A stretch of DNA of 64,000 nucleotides from Giardia intestinalis (taxonomy: Eukaryota): the NCBI GenBank assembly GCA_000002435.2, contig CM018792.1. One strand, given 5' to 3'. Positions 1 to 9,871 of this stretch are shown piece after piece. The stretch's first letter is position 1. Each line of letters starts with the position of its first letter. Position numbers and translations under genes: made by a program. The notes below the pieces were generated by a model. The model saw only the letters and a program-made list of their open reading frames with translations, did not search any database and was not told where the DNA came from.

Positions 1-825
1 CTCATCTGTATATGCCTCCTGTATTTGGTGGCGAATCTCTTCTGCTACTACTTCATCCTCGGTCTTTGGCGGAGGTGGTTGATAGAGTGTTGCCTCAGTG
101 AGGCTCAGAGGAATGCTGTTGAATGGTAAAAGAATACGCTTAGGAAGTACCGGTTCAGGAACTGCTTCAACAACCAGCTGGCCTTTCTTGCCAGTGGCTC
201 CCCCCTGCCGGTCTCCCCCAGCGGATGAGCGCGGCTTTGCAGTACTAGAAAGTGCCTTGGAGTCTGCTGCGTGTGAAGTCTCCGTTGTCGTTTCTGCGAC
301 AGCACCATCTGCTTCGTTCTCCGAATAGCCCAACTGGAGCAGCGACTGGATCTCTATCAAGTCCAGTGTTTTCTTGGTCTTTATTTCGAGCACAGGAACT
401 GGGCAGAATAGATAGCGCCACAGCTTATAGTTATTTGTATATGAGAAATCGATGAACTCGGCCGTCGCCTTGATGACATCCATCTCAAAAAATGCTGTGT
501 AGAATGGGGGGCACTCTAGTGAATACCCGACCAATCTTTTCTTCGCAAACTCTCGCAAATCCTCGTAGGATATAAAGGTTTTTGATATATTGAGCTCATG
601 GAGGTCAACAAGAAGCGTTACCAGCGCGCAGGCGGCATCAGAGCTAGCCAGGTGAGTGCGGGAAAAGTCAAATGTGTTTAGAAGTAGCTCTTTTACAGCT
701 GCATACTGCGTATCACCAGGTGCCGTGCGGAAGAAGTCGTAAATAAAGAGTTCTAGCTTCTCTTCATCTCCAGCGATTTCCTGGTATTCATGGGTTGTTA
801 TGTGCAGTGGGGACCGATTGGACAT
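1..825 (-). CDS. Hypothetical protein, 3' end beyond the window (partial). Starts MSNRSPLHITTHEYQEIAGDEEKLELFIYDFF...
   Basis: My own translation of the minus strand from the ATG at 825..823 runs to position 1 with no stop codon, which is why the ORF track omits it. An AT-rich initiator (caacaaataaaatttcaag) lies 20-35 nt upstream of the ATG. I found no recognisable domain. Confidence 0.5.
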   Translation of the reverse strand, partial: MSNRSPLHITTHEYQEIAGDEEKLELFIYDFFRTAPGDTQYAAVKELLLNTFDFSRTHLASSDAACALVTLLVDLHELNISKTFISYEDLREFAKKRLVGYSLECPPFYTAFFEMDVIKATAEFIDFSYTNNYKLWRYLFCPVPVLEIKTKKTLDLIEIQSLLQLGYSENEADGAVAETTTETSHAADSKALSSTAKPRSSAGGDRQGGATGKKGQLVVEAVPEPVLPKRILLPFNSIPLSLTEATLYQPPPPKTEDEVVAEEIRHQIQEAYTDE

Positions 826-943
826 GCGCACGATCACCTGGTCTTGAAATTTTATTTGTTGGGCTCTCTTGTCGCCTGTCTAACTCACTCGACCCGCTCA
901 CAATGCTGTCCCGTCACATGACCTTAATGGGAAGTATGGTAAT

Positions 944-3900
944 TTACATTCTTTTACTTGTGATCAGCAAGTTTTCAAGCAGAGACTTGAGGGCATGATC
1001 ATCACAATCGCGGTCTATCATCCGCAATAGTGACGCCTGAGATTTGAGGGCTGTGGTTACCGGGTCAAACTTCGCCAGTTCCAGAAGGACTTTAGCGTAT
1101 ATCATCTTGTCCGAGAGCTGGTCGCAACTAGACATGCAGTCAACAAGGCTAATGACGCCTTCTCCTGAAACAAACTCCGTAGCTAACTCTTCATGGGCTA
1201 GAATAATCTTGGCAGACGCTACGGCCGCGCAGGTCTTGATGTCGTCTAGAACGCGAGCGTTCATAAGAGTCTTGCAGATGCAGCCAATGCACTTACTGAG
1301 GCTAAATGCATCATCAACTGTCTTGGCAATATGCATCATTGCAAAGAGAGACTTAGTAACTATAGCTGTCCTCCGCGTCTTAATAAGCTCTATTAGGCTG
1401 TCTAAGCATGTTTTGTATTGTTCAGAAGCCGTGGGTCGCGCCTTTATTAAATAACCAACAAATTCGCAGGACTTCACAATAAGCTCTTCTGATGACTCAA
1501 AGGAAAGAAACTGAATGATGGTGCTGGCAGAAATAGTGTTGCTTACTAGCTCGGCGTACTCTTGTGAGACTTGCACAGCTCTAAGAAGTAGAATTAGAAT
1601 TTCAAGGATACACGAGTGAGGATTGTTCCGCTGACTTATGTTCTTCTGAGAAAATATTGCAGACAAAAGGTTCATTGAAACGCCTCCACTGAAGATAAAT
1701 TGGTTAATCCACGGTATCACTATCGAGTCTTGGGGGTGCATTGCGAAGAAGACCATCGTCACAAGCGCATAATACAGTGTGTGGAAGCTCCTAAGGTAAT
1801 ACAATGAGTCTATAACGTGCTTGATGAAGTTGAACTCCAGCAACACAGATGAGACGTACTCTGTCATGTAATAGCGATCTGGATCATAGACAAGACGGGC
1901 CGTGTCTGTGTGCTTGTCCTTTTTAGTTGTGTTAGTAGTCCTTTTGAGTTCCTCCATCCTGTCTCCAATCTTCTCTGTACTGGGACGGCATGACAAATAG
2001 ACGATTTGGTATATGGCTAACAATGCGTATCGCATCAGAGTCTCTGCAGCTCTTTGCCCTCCTCCAAACTGATACGGACAGAGTATGATGTTGTCGAGTG
2101 ATTGTGGAGAGATCGCTGCACACAAGGTCCTCACAACTTCTGGCAAGGGGTAGGACATGTACTGATTGAACTCATCGATGGAGCTTATAGCCGTCCACCC
2201 AGCCGAGTTATAGTTGACGTCGCCTGGAGGGTCAGTAAGACCAGATACGCGTTTGTTGGCCAATAAAGAAAGCGTGTTCCGTACTGAGATAATGTACTTG
2301 ATGAGGCCCTGTGGGGATGCAAGAAACCGCCAGTGCCAATTAGCGTTGGATATTTCCTGATTTCGGCCCTCAAGCCCTCCTAAGTCATACCTCCGGGTAT
2401 CTAACCCAAGGCAATCCGCCATGCAATCGCTGCAGTTGTTGATTAAACTGCACATAAGAATCCCATTGTAATGCGTCGATCCAGGCCCTAAGTAAGTAGA
2501 TATGATTGGGTATCCTGTCTCAGACTTCTGTTCATATAGAACTGCTGGTTTTGTTGAGTAGCTTCCTAACTTGAGCGGTGTCTTACCGCGTGCGGTACTA
2601 CGACTAGTAGTAACCTCCGGAAGATCATGTTCATTAGCATTGGGTGTATGGGCTCCATAGCTCGGCGGACGACTTGTCAGCTTCAATGATTGACTAGGAG
2701 TCAAGATGGGAGTCTTCATTTCTGCTGGTCGTGCAGATAACAACGGTGTTCCCAAAGAGACGGTAGAGGAGACGCTGGTGGCAGTCGATTCTTCCTCGCC
2801 CAAAATTGCACCGTGGTGGGGCGCAGCATATGCGGCACAAAAGGCAGCTTCTATAGAGTTGTATAGAGAGAGGTTCAAATAAACTGATAGCTTCACAAAG
2901 AGAGGCAAGACGTCGATGTGTTCCTGCGCTAATATATTAATGTAGTTAAGTGCGCTGTCCAAGAACCCCACGTAGTTATGACATGGCATTAGAAACGCCC
3001 GAAAGCTCGGCTCCACAAGCACATAATCCAGGCTAGCAAATATGGCACGCGAGATACCAATGCAATCTGCTATTACTCCTTCCCTAGATTCCGAGGCAAG
3101 AACGGAATAAACTGTTGAATTGTGCGGCTGTTTTATTGAGATGTCCTTGCAATGCTTGAGGATTGGGGTAATAGCATCAATGCACGCATAGAATACTGGA
3201 ACGGGGACTTCCAACTCTAAATAGTTATTAATAGAAGGAACTTCTATTGCTGTTCCAGTGGATAAATAATAGTACGAGCGGCGTAATTGCCTGACGTTAA
3301 AGTCTATGTGAACATCGGTTAGTTTGGGGTAGTTGTATCTATCGAATCCTCCATCAAAGTCCGAGTGTCCATAGTCGATGATTCCGCCTGCCTTAATTAA
3401 CTCCCTCATGATGCGCTCAACGCGGAGAGCGCCATGAGACAAGATATTAAAGTCTTGAGGATTGGAGCTAATAACGGCGTCGTCTTGAGCTTTTGTGTAT
3501 ACATCATCAACACGGCTGTAACTACTTCCGTTCATAATCAGTCGCGCTTCTGCCAGCGATTCCTCAACGCTACCTGCGAAGACACTCACGCGTCTTACTA
3601 GCGACAACAGAACCAAGTCTTTAATGGTGGACATGCTATCTGGCTTATAGAGCTTGACGAGGTATTCACTGTCCCTCTGCAAACAGTTCATGTTATACTC
3701 AAAATTGGAAGTTAGAAGCAAGCCAAATAGGCTCAAGCGAAGATCGTCCTCCTCACCGTGGGCTTGGAGCCAAAGACACGATATTGCCAACATCGTAATA
3801 ACGCTAAGCTTTGTTTCGTCTTTATTCTCCGTGATAACGTCCGAGATCGGAAACGTTATCTGACTGAGGTTCCGAGCGTAATCTTCACTGCAAAACGCAC

Positions 3901-6900
3901 AGTTATAGAGGGTCAAAAGGGCATTGACCCGCACATCTTCTTTATCTAAATAGTCCAGTTGCGCATTTTTATCAATAAGGATTTTATCTGTTCCACCTTC
4001 ACCCTGCTTCACATTCACATAGGCGCAAACCGGAAGGCCCTGATATAAATAGTCCGATGGGGGTATGGTGCCATCCGTTGATGTAGCAAAGATAACGTGG
4101 ATGTCGATATATTTCTGGACAACTACGTTTGAAATCTGGTACATCTGCACATCATTCTCTGTGGTCAGTACCAGAAGACCGTTCAAGAAGGCCTCCTCCA
4201 CGACCATTCGGATGCACTCAGAAAGGATCATATAGGTTGAAACGAGATTGGCATTGGTCTGGTAGAGAGAAAACGTAGAAAAGGGATCGCTAGAGATCTG
4301 GATGGAGAATGGGTTTCCTGGAAGGCTCATACCATCAAAGATATAGCACACCTGAGGAATTGTGATGATAAAATGACCCCTTCTAGGAAGGTCTGCCTGG
4401 ATGAGGAGCTTCACTAAAGTCTTAATATCGTTATCCCTTATGTCGTTCAGGTTGATATCATCTCCGTTAGGTATACCGGACTGCTGGAACCGTCGCTTTA
4501 AGTATAGAGCATGGTGGGCCAGGGGAGACGGGTCCTTGCGGGAATATGTGTACAGCGGGAACAAGTATTGAAAGGACGGCGCAAAGATATGCTTTAAGAA
4601 CCGGAAGGAGTTCAGTTTGAGAGACTGTATTTCCGCCAAGACAGTCCTTACAAAGCTAGTAAAAATAGAGTCCACCGTCTCTGCATCGGTCTGTAGCTTG
4701 TTTTGCATTTCAATCACGGAACCGCGATGAAATTTCTTGGATAGCTGCGTTTCTACAAACTCTTTTTCTGCTACAATCCGGCGGAACTCTTCCCGAGACG
4801 AATTCAGTTGCCTAAACACTTCTTTCTCATCACTCTGTATGTACGCAAAGGGAAGGAAGCAGTAGCACATAGCTAGTTGCTTCTTAAAGGTGTTAAGGTA
4901 CTCTATCAAAAAAGTGTTCTCAGAGTTCAGCAAGATAGACATCTCGGTCTTGCTCCGCCCACTCACCATGTTATTAAGCTCCACAGCTGTCGAGCCGTGG
5001 TATGTCTCCACAGTGATTCCGGCCATGTTCGACCCTTTCGAGACCTCCAGATTAAAACAGTACGGCTCTCTGTAATAGGCATACAGAGCAGATAGTTTTC
5101 CTGTAGAAAGCATTTTTGCAGGCATCCTGACTGTAAACATGTTAATAATAGCCTGATGGTTCTGCAAAAGTGTTTGGCGCAAATGAAGAAGAATGAGCGC
5201 GAATTCTACGGTTGGGTAAATAGCAGAGACGGGCGTCAATGTATGTGGATTTATAGACTGATTCATTCCAGCCATGCTGGTCGCTGCTAGACTCACTGTC
5301 ATACTTCCGGCACGGAGCATATCAAAATTGGATCTGAGACCATGCGCATAACCGTCACCACTGGCTCCCTTGCCTTCGCGCGGGGTGGAGGGGTTGATCT
5401 TGGTTTGGCCAGACAGCACATCTCCTACGGCTGTTTTCCCAATTGTCTGACCGAGAGAGGGCATGGTATACTTGAGGACGCCTGACGATGACGAATCTGC
5501 CGAAAGAATAGGGAGGTTGAGGTTTTTTATTATTGTCGCTATAGCTGCTTGCATAGCGTTGTTGGGGTCTGTTTGAGAAACCGCATCTGCTGCTTGAAAG
5601 AGAGTTTGTAAACAGGTGGTTGTGTAATTGTTATATATTGTGATGTAGCCTTCATCCAGCTTGATGCCATTTTTGAAATTGATGAGCCGCTTGAAGATAA
5701 CGTAGAGACGAGTGAGCAATATGGGATAGTCACGGGAGCAGCGTCCGGAAATAAGATCAACGAATCGATTAATATACGCCTTAAAGTTTTCGCTGAGAAA
5801 AATCCCAACATAGCTATACTCATCTTCCCCAAATAAATCTGTGCTAATCACTGTGGCCTTCTCAGAACTAGTAAACTTTTTAAAATACTCCGGCAAAAAC
5901 CTGAATTTGTTGTAGTCACGTGTATCTATCTGACCGAAGAGGCTGTTTCTAATATTAACATCGTAGCGCACATCTATTGTCCTGAGCTTGAACCCGTCGT
6001 TCCCAGACCCCTTCTTCACTTCGTCGCCACCCGAGCCCATATCAGCATCGGCATAGTCATCTGTGAGTAGGTGTTCTAAACCTATCATGCGATTTCCCGA
6101 AGGGAGATAGAGAACATACTCCTGCATTAAGAACTGAACACTTGATTGAGCAGTGGTCCCCATGCAAAAAGAGACATTGATACAGTAAAGAAGGCACTTG
6201 ATTATAAACGACTCAGTTGACGTCTCAATAACACCAATGCTTTTGGAGATGATTGTGTTGAAGGACTCAAATAGCTTTTCAATCGTGCTTGTGGCAGATA
6301 AAGTGTTGATGGCTGCAGCCACTATGTGTGCCCTCCTGGTAAGCACAGGCTTGTCCTCCGCCTTAGAGGGGAAGACAACATCCTCTGCCTTAATGTACAT
6401 GTCGTAAGGGAAGGACACTATTTGACCAAAGCTTATCGGAACATTCCACGTGAACATACAGCCGAAGCATACAGCAGAAACCCGCAAAAGAAGAACGATT
6501 GAAATGACATCTGTTTGTGCAAGATTTGTCTTGGAGATACAGCGCAGAGCTGACTGTATCAGTTGGAGGAAAGTGCTGGAGGATCTTACAATAAGGAATG
6601 CCATGAAATCTGCCACACGGTAGAATGCCTCTTCCTTATCTCCGGGGTGCGAATGAATGTAGGCCAGTATGCGGTAATAGTCTTTTTCAAGATTCCGTGA
6701 GTCGGCGTTGTGAATGTGCGAGGAAACAACCTCTGACGTGAAGATGGCCTCTGCCTGATTAGAATTGATGGATAAAAGGGCCATTAAGGCTATCACAATG
6801 GGTGGAAGGTCATGAGCAGAATTAATCGCCTCGTTGATCGCATCGATGAGCCTATTGTCATAGAAATTATCCGCATACTCTTCTGTGAGGGCACCCTGTT

Positions 6901-7828
6901 CGACAACCTCAACCACAGCCTCTGTGTTAACCGTAAGAAGGATGGATTGAAGAGCACTTTGCTGTTTCATTGTCCGGAGCAAAGCGAGCCAATCTTTAAA
7001 CTTGTAAGCGTCATTAACATGCTTAGCCAATCGTATAGCAGAGCCCTCGTTGAGAAACGGATGATCTAGCATCTGCTTGGAGGCCCAGCGCTTATCGGGG
7101 TTACGCTGGAGCATGCACTCGCAAAAGCTCTTGAAAAGAGGCTCTCGCGCAAAGATAGGATACTTGTCATACGGCACCTTGTTGGAGTCGTCCTGGAGGA
7201 TGCTCATGAGAGTAAGAAAGTCAGTAGCAGTGAACGGGGTCCTGCCCGTGGCCAACTCAAAAATCATCACGCCAAATGCCCACATATCAGAGATTGTATT
7301 ATACTTCTTTCCTTTGGCAATTTCGGGGGCTAAGTAGAGAGGAGTCCCCTTGATAGACTGGAGAGCAAGGGTCTGCTGTGACATCTGGCGCGCAAATCCG
7401 AAGTCACAAAGCTTACAGACACCCTGAGATATCAAAACGTTCTGTGACTTGATGTCTCTGTGTGCAATCCGGCGGGAATGGAGGTATGTTAAAACATTAA
7501 GCAGCTGAAAGCACACCTTTTGAATAGTCTCAATATTAAGCGGCCCGTCGCTGGCAAAGATACTGTGAAGGTCGGACTGAGCCAACTCGGTGACGATGAC
7601 AACGCTGCCATCCTCTTCAAAGGATTCAAAAAACCGAATTGTATTGGGGTGATTGATTTCCTTCAGTAAGGATATCTCTGAGTTGAGCGCTGCAAGTTCG
7701 GAGGATGACTTGCCATAGGTTGATATCTGCTTAACGGCTACAAACTGCCCTGTCTGCTTGAGGCGACACTTGTATACAACGCCAAATGAGCCCTTCCCTA
7801 TCTGGGCAATCTGTTCGTAGCGATGCAT
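944..7828 (-). CDS. Giant Ser/Thr protein kinase of the Fused/STK36 (ULK) family with a very long HEAT/ARM-like C-terminal region (~2294 aa from the first ATG)
   Basis: The ORF track starts at 7963 on a GTG; the first in-frame ATG is at 7828..7826 (MHRYEQIAQIGKGSFGVVYK). The kinase domain begins immediately after it and has a glycine-rich loop, VAVK, HRDIKSQN, and CKLCDFGFAR...SIKGTPLYLAPE. That last stretch is nearly identical to the Fused/STK36 signature (KLCDFGFARAMS...SIKGTPLYMSPE). An AT-rich element lies upstream on the minus strand. The stop codon TAA is at 944..946. Confidence 0.85.
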   Translation of the reverse strand: MHRYEQIAQIGKGSFGVVYKCRLKQTGQFVAVKQISTYGKSSSELAALNSEISLLKEINHPNTIRFFESFEEDGSVVIVTELAQSDLHSIFASDGPLNIETIQKVCFQLLNVLTYLHSRRIAHRDIKSQNVLISQGVCKLCDFGFARQMSQQTLALQSIKGTPLYLAPEIAKGKKYNTISDMWAFGVMIFELATGRTPFTATDFLTLMSILQDDSNKVPYDKYPIFAREPLFKSFCECMLQRNPDKRWASKQMLDHPFLNEGSAIRLAKHVNDAYKFKDWLALLRTMKQQSALQSILLTVNTEAVVEVVEQGALTEEYADNFYDNRLIDAINEAINSAHDLPPIVIALMALLSINSNQAEAIFTSEVVSSHIHNADSRNLEKDYYRILAYIHSHPGDKEEAFYRVADFMAFLIVRSSSTFLQLIQSALRCISKTNLAQTDVISIVLLLRVSAVCFGCMFTWNVPISFGQIVSFPYDMYIKAEDVVFPSKAEDKPVLTRRAHIVAAAINTLSATSTIEKLFESFNTIISKSIGVIETSTESFIIKCLLYCINVSFCMGTTAQSSVQFLMQEYVLYLPSGNRMIGLEHLLTDDYADADMGSGGDEVKKGSGNDGFKLRTIDVRYDVNIRNSLFGQIDTRDYNKFRFLPEYFKKFTSSEKATVISTDLFGEDEYSYVGIFLSENFKAYINRFVDLISGRCSRDYPILLTRLYVIFKRLINFKNGIKLDEGYITIYNNYTTTCLQTLFQAADAVSQTDPNNAMQAAIATIIKNLNLPILSADSSSSGVLKYTMPSLGQTIGKTAVGDVLSGQTKINPSTPREGKGASGDGYAHGLRSNFDMLRAGSMTVSLAATSMAGMNQSINPHTLTPVSAIYPTVEFALILLHLRQTLLQNHQAIINMFTVRMPAKMLSTGKLSALYAYYREPYCFNLEVSKGSNMAGITVETYHGSTAVELNNMVSGRSKTEMSILLNSENTFLIEYLNTFKKQLAMCYCFLPFAYIQSDEKEVFRQLNSSREEFRRIVAEKEFVETQLSKKFHRGSVIEMQNKLQTDAETVDSIFTSFVRTVLAEIQSLKLNSFRFLKHIFAPSFQYLFPLYTYSRKDPSPLAHHALYLKRRFQQSGIPNGDDINLNDIRDNDIKTLVKLLIQADLPRRGHFIITIPQVCYIFDGMSLPGNPFSIQISSDPFSTFSLYQTNANLVSTYMILSECIRMVVEEAFLNGLLVLTTENDVQMYQISNVVVQKYIDIHVIFATSTDGTIPPSDYLYQGLPVCAYVNVKQGEGGTDKILIDKNAQLDYLDKEDVRVNALLTLYNCAFCSEDYARNLSQITFPISDVITENKDETKLSVITMLAISCLWLQAHGEEDDLRLSLFGLLLTSNFEYNMNCLQRDSEYLVKLYKPDSMSTIKDLVLLSLVRRVSVFAGSVEESLAEARLIMNGSSYSRVDDVYTKAQDDAVISSNPQDFNILSHGALRVERIMRELIKAGGIIDYGHSDFDGGFDRYNYPKLTDVHIDFNVRQLRRSYYYLSTGTAIEVPSINNYLELEVPVPVFYACIDAITPILKHCKDISIKQPHNSTVYSVLASESREGVIADCIGISRAIFASLDYVLVEPSFRAFLMPCHNYVGFLDSALNYINILAQEHIDVLPLFVKLSVYLNLSLYNSIEAAFCAAYAAPHHGAILGEEESTATSVSSTVSLGTPLLSARPAEMKTPILTPSQSLKLTSRPPSYGAHTPNANEHDLPEVTTSRSTARGKTPLKLGSYSTKPAVLYEQKSETGYPIISTYLGPGSTHYNGILMCSLINNCSDCMADCLGLDTRRYDLGGLEGRNQEISNANWHWRFLASPQGLIKYIISVRNTLSLLANKRVSGLTDPPGDVNYNSAGWTAISSIDEFNQYMSYPLPEVVRTLCAAISPQSLDNIILCPYQFGGGQRAAETLMRYALLAIYQIVYLSCRPSTEKIGDRMEELKRTTNTTKKDKHTDTARLVYDPDRYYMTEYVSSVLLEFNFIKHVIDSLYYLRSFHTLYYALVTMVFFAMHPQDSIVIPWINQFIFSGGVSMNLLSAIFSQKNISQRNNPHSCILEILILLLRAVQVSQEYAELVSNTISASTIIQFLSFESSEELIVKSCEFVGYLIKARPTASEQYKTCLDSLIELIKTRRTAIVTKSLFAMMHIAKTVDDAFSLSKCIGCICKTLMNARVLDDIKTCAAVASAKIILAHEELATEFVSGEGVISLVDCMSSCDQLSDKMIYAKVLLELAKFDPVTTALKSQASLLRMIDRDCDDHALKSLLENLLITSKRM

Positions 7829-7895
7829 AGAGGTGAAGGAGGCTGGCCTGCCCCGTCTTTGCCCAATTAATTTCCATTTATTTTTCCTGCCCTCT
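7829..7895. promoter_or_regulatory. Putative bidirectional AT-rich initiator region between divergent genes
   Basis: A 67-bp spacer containing caattaatttccatttatttttcc separates the kinase ATG (7828, minus) from the ATG at 7896 (plus). Giardia promoters are short AT-rich elements directly upstream of the ATG. Confidence 0.4.
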
Positions 7896-8588
7896 ATGAA
7901 TTTGAAGTACTTTATCCTGCCGGAAACGACGACAGTGGCTATGCACACATCTACTTTTGTCACACTCCATGGAGTGCATCACTGGACAGTAGCTTGCGAG
8001 GACTCCAGAGATATTCTTCCCCTAGCATTTAATTTTATCACCAGCTGGTTGCGAACTAACCCCCAAGATACGCTCATTTTAGCTAGTAGCATGCCGGTGG
8101 AATACATATGCAGGACGCCGTCTTTTCTTTTTTTCCAAGACAGCGATATATTTGCAGAGCTACGTACCCGGTTCTCCATCTTCTACCTGGACAGCTACGA
8201 GTCATTTGTCTCCAAATTCTCTAAACAGTGGAAGCGCCCCATCCAGTGTCTTGTTCTATACGATCCTGTCCGTTTGACTCATGAGTATCTTGCCTCCCAC
8301 CAAAAAATACTCCTGGGGACCATTCTTGCTGTGTCTGCAAGCAAAGTTCTTTTTTCCACAGCATTTGGCGGGCCAGAACTTCTCTATATGCGCCCCAATG
8401 CGGTGTTGCTCAGGCGAAGGCTCAAGCCACACGGAGTCAGCATTCTACAGATACATCACACAACAGAAACGGATTTATATGACAATAAGGGTGCACTACT
8501 AGTGATGTCTCCGCGCGGACTACTTACGTGTCACGCTATTGTATTGCAACTGGACCAATATTTGGCAATTTTGAAGTTCAAGCGATAG
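7896..8588 (+). CDS. Hypothetical protein (~230 aa)
   Basis: The ORF track starts at 7833 on a GTG; the first ATG is at 7896 (MNLKYFILPETT...), directly after an AT-rich element. The stop TAG is at 8586..8588. I see no recognisable domain. The gene is divergent from the kinase gene. Confidence 0.4.
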   Translation: MNLKYFILPETTTVAMHTSTFVTLHGVHHWTVACEDSRDILPLAFNFITSWLRTNPQDTLILASSMPVEYICRTPSFLFFQDSDIFAELRTRFSIFYLDSYESFVSKFSKQWKRPIQCLVLYDPVRLTHEYLASHQKILLGTILAVSASKVLFSTAFGGPELLYMRPNAVLLRRRLKPHGVSILQIHHTTETDLYDNKGALLVMSPRGLLTCHAIVLQLDQYLAILKFKR

Positions 8589-8601
8589 ATTTAGTCCATT
8601 C

Positions 8602-9171
8602 TCAATAGAAAGATTCTTTTAGACAGTCTTGATAATCAGGTTTATTCTTCCATAGCTTAGTCTTGGTGTGAGATATTATCTGTATATCCACTATGACCCG
8701 TCTGTTGTTAGCTCTCACGATTATCCGAACCTCCTCAGGTGTTAGAGTCCCGACCTCGTTCTTCTGAATGGCCTTGCATATATCATCAAAGACGACAGGC
8801 GCGCGTCCCACCGCCTTGTACACAAGGGCAGACAGCTTGGAGAGTTCGTCATCGCTGAACCGGCCGGCCAAGGACGAGGAGACGGCGTCGCTGGCCCGGG
8901 AAAGCTCCTTTGGGAAATAGTATCGCGCCTGCTTTTCCTGTACCGAGACTATCAGCTGCCGTGTTTCGAGCTTCTTCAGTGAGTCGGCGACGTTTCCTGC
9001 GGTGTAGCCCCGCCTCTGCAGGACGTCCTTCACCTCAGAGGCCGTGATTCCACGTGTCCGGGCCTTCAGCGAATGCATGCATACGACGACGTAGACATTC
9101 CGGAGATCCGTTTCCTGTAGTCCTGCATAGTTCTTCTTCATGGTTTCTGAAAGCTTCACGTCGGGGGGCAT
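8602..9171 (-). CDS. Hypothetical protein with an apparent winged-helix-like fold (189 aa from the first ATG)
   Basis: The ORF track starts at 9342 on a TTG; the first in-frame ATG is at 9171..9169 (MPPDVKLSETMKK...), preceded by ctgttctaaaaaaccaATG. One segment (VYVVVCMHSLKARTRGITASEVKDVLQRRGYTAGNVADSLKKLETRQLIVSV...) looks like a winged-helix DNA- or protein-binding module. The family is not assigned. The stop TGA is at 8602..8604. Confidence 0.5.
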   Translation of the reverse strand: MPPDVKLSETMKKNYAGLQETDLRNVYVVVCMHSLKARTRGITASEVKDVLQRRGYTAGNVADSLKKLETRQLIVSVQEKQARYYFPKELSRASDAVSSSLAGRFSDDELSKLSALVYKAVGRAPVVFDDICKAIQKNEVGTLTPEEVRIIVRANNRRVIVDIQIISHTKTKLWKNKPDYQDCLKESFY

Positions 9172-9845
9172 TGGTTTTTTAGAACAGGTAGTGGAGAGGC
9201 ACAAGCGTGGGCCCTGGACGGTAGCGTGACGACCAGTACTGACACAAAGGCCTTCCAGAAGTTGTGTGGCATTCGGGAGCCATAGGCTGTGCAGGGCGTT
9301 GATCTGGTGTCTTGAATGATTGCGCACGCCAGGCTTCTTCAATTAGAATGGTTACTAACATTACAGCTTTCTGCTAGTCGTCCTTTGCAATCCTTCCGTG
9401 ACGGCCTTCATCTGACGCTCTATACAGCTACTCACTGCGGTGATCTCGCAAACCACGTGAAACATATCTGTGCTGCAGTAGAGCCCACCTAGACTACTCC
9501 AGACCAGAATCGCCTTGCCTTGTCCTCAGCTCCAGCGACCATAGGCTTTCCCTAGAAGGCCGACGCATCCTTCCCTACTATCGTGCAGCTGAGGATCACA
9601 TCGGGATACAGCTCTTGTTCTAAGGAAGAGCCGAGCTGCACTTGTCCTGTATACTTGCGCAGCACAGAGAACTCTACAAGTCGTGATGCTGGGTCCCCTA
9701 CTTTTCTTTTGTTTTGTCCGAGAGTGATTCCATGCACTGGTATGATCATACGGTAGTGGAACTAGTGCATCAAATGATTGTCATGAGCACTTAGTTCGCG
9801 AGTGCACTTCGAGCGTTGCCCGTAGGATATTATGATAGTTGATGC

Positions 9846-9861
9846 ATTTACTAACTAAGTC
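9846..9861 (-). promoter_or_regulatory. VSP-type extended polyadenylation signal (ACTTAGTTAGTAAAT on the minus strand)
   Basis: On the minus strand, 11 nt after the VSP stop codon, the sequence reads GACTTAGTTAGTAAAT. It matches the conserved Giardia VSP 3' motif ACTYAGRTAGTRAAY with one mismatch and contains the general Giardia poly(A) signal AGTAAA. Confidence 0.6.
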
Positions 9862-9871
9862 ACATCTAAAT

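Noticed and set aside
7833-9342. ORF-track start coordinates at 7963, 7833, 9342, 16302, 19810, 23575, 29484, 34470, 35021, 46450, 49477 and 49450
   Set aside because: I read the first codon directly in each case and found GTG or TTG, not ATG. These are bacterial-style alternative starts that are inappropriate for a eukaryote. I moved each gene to the first in-frame ATG that has an AT-rich upstream element.
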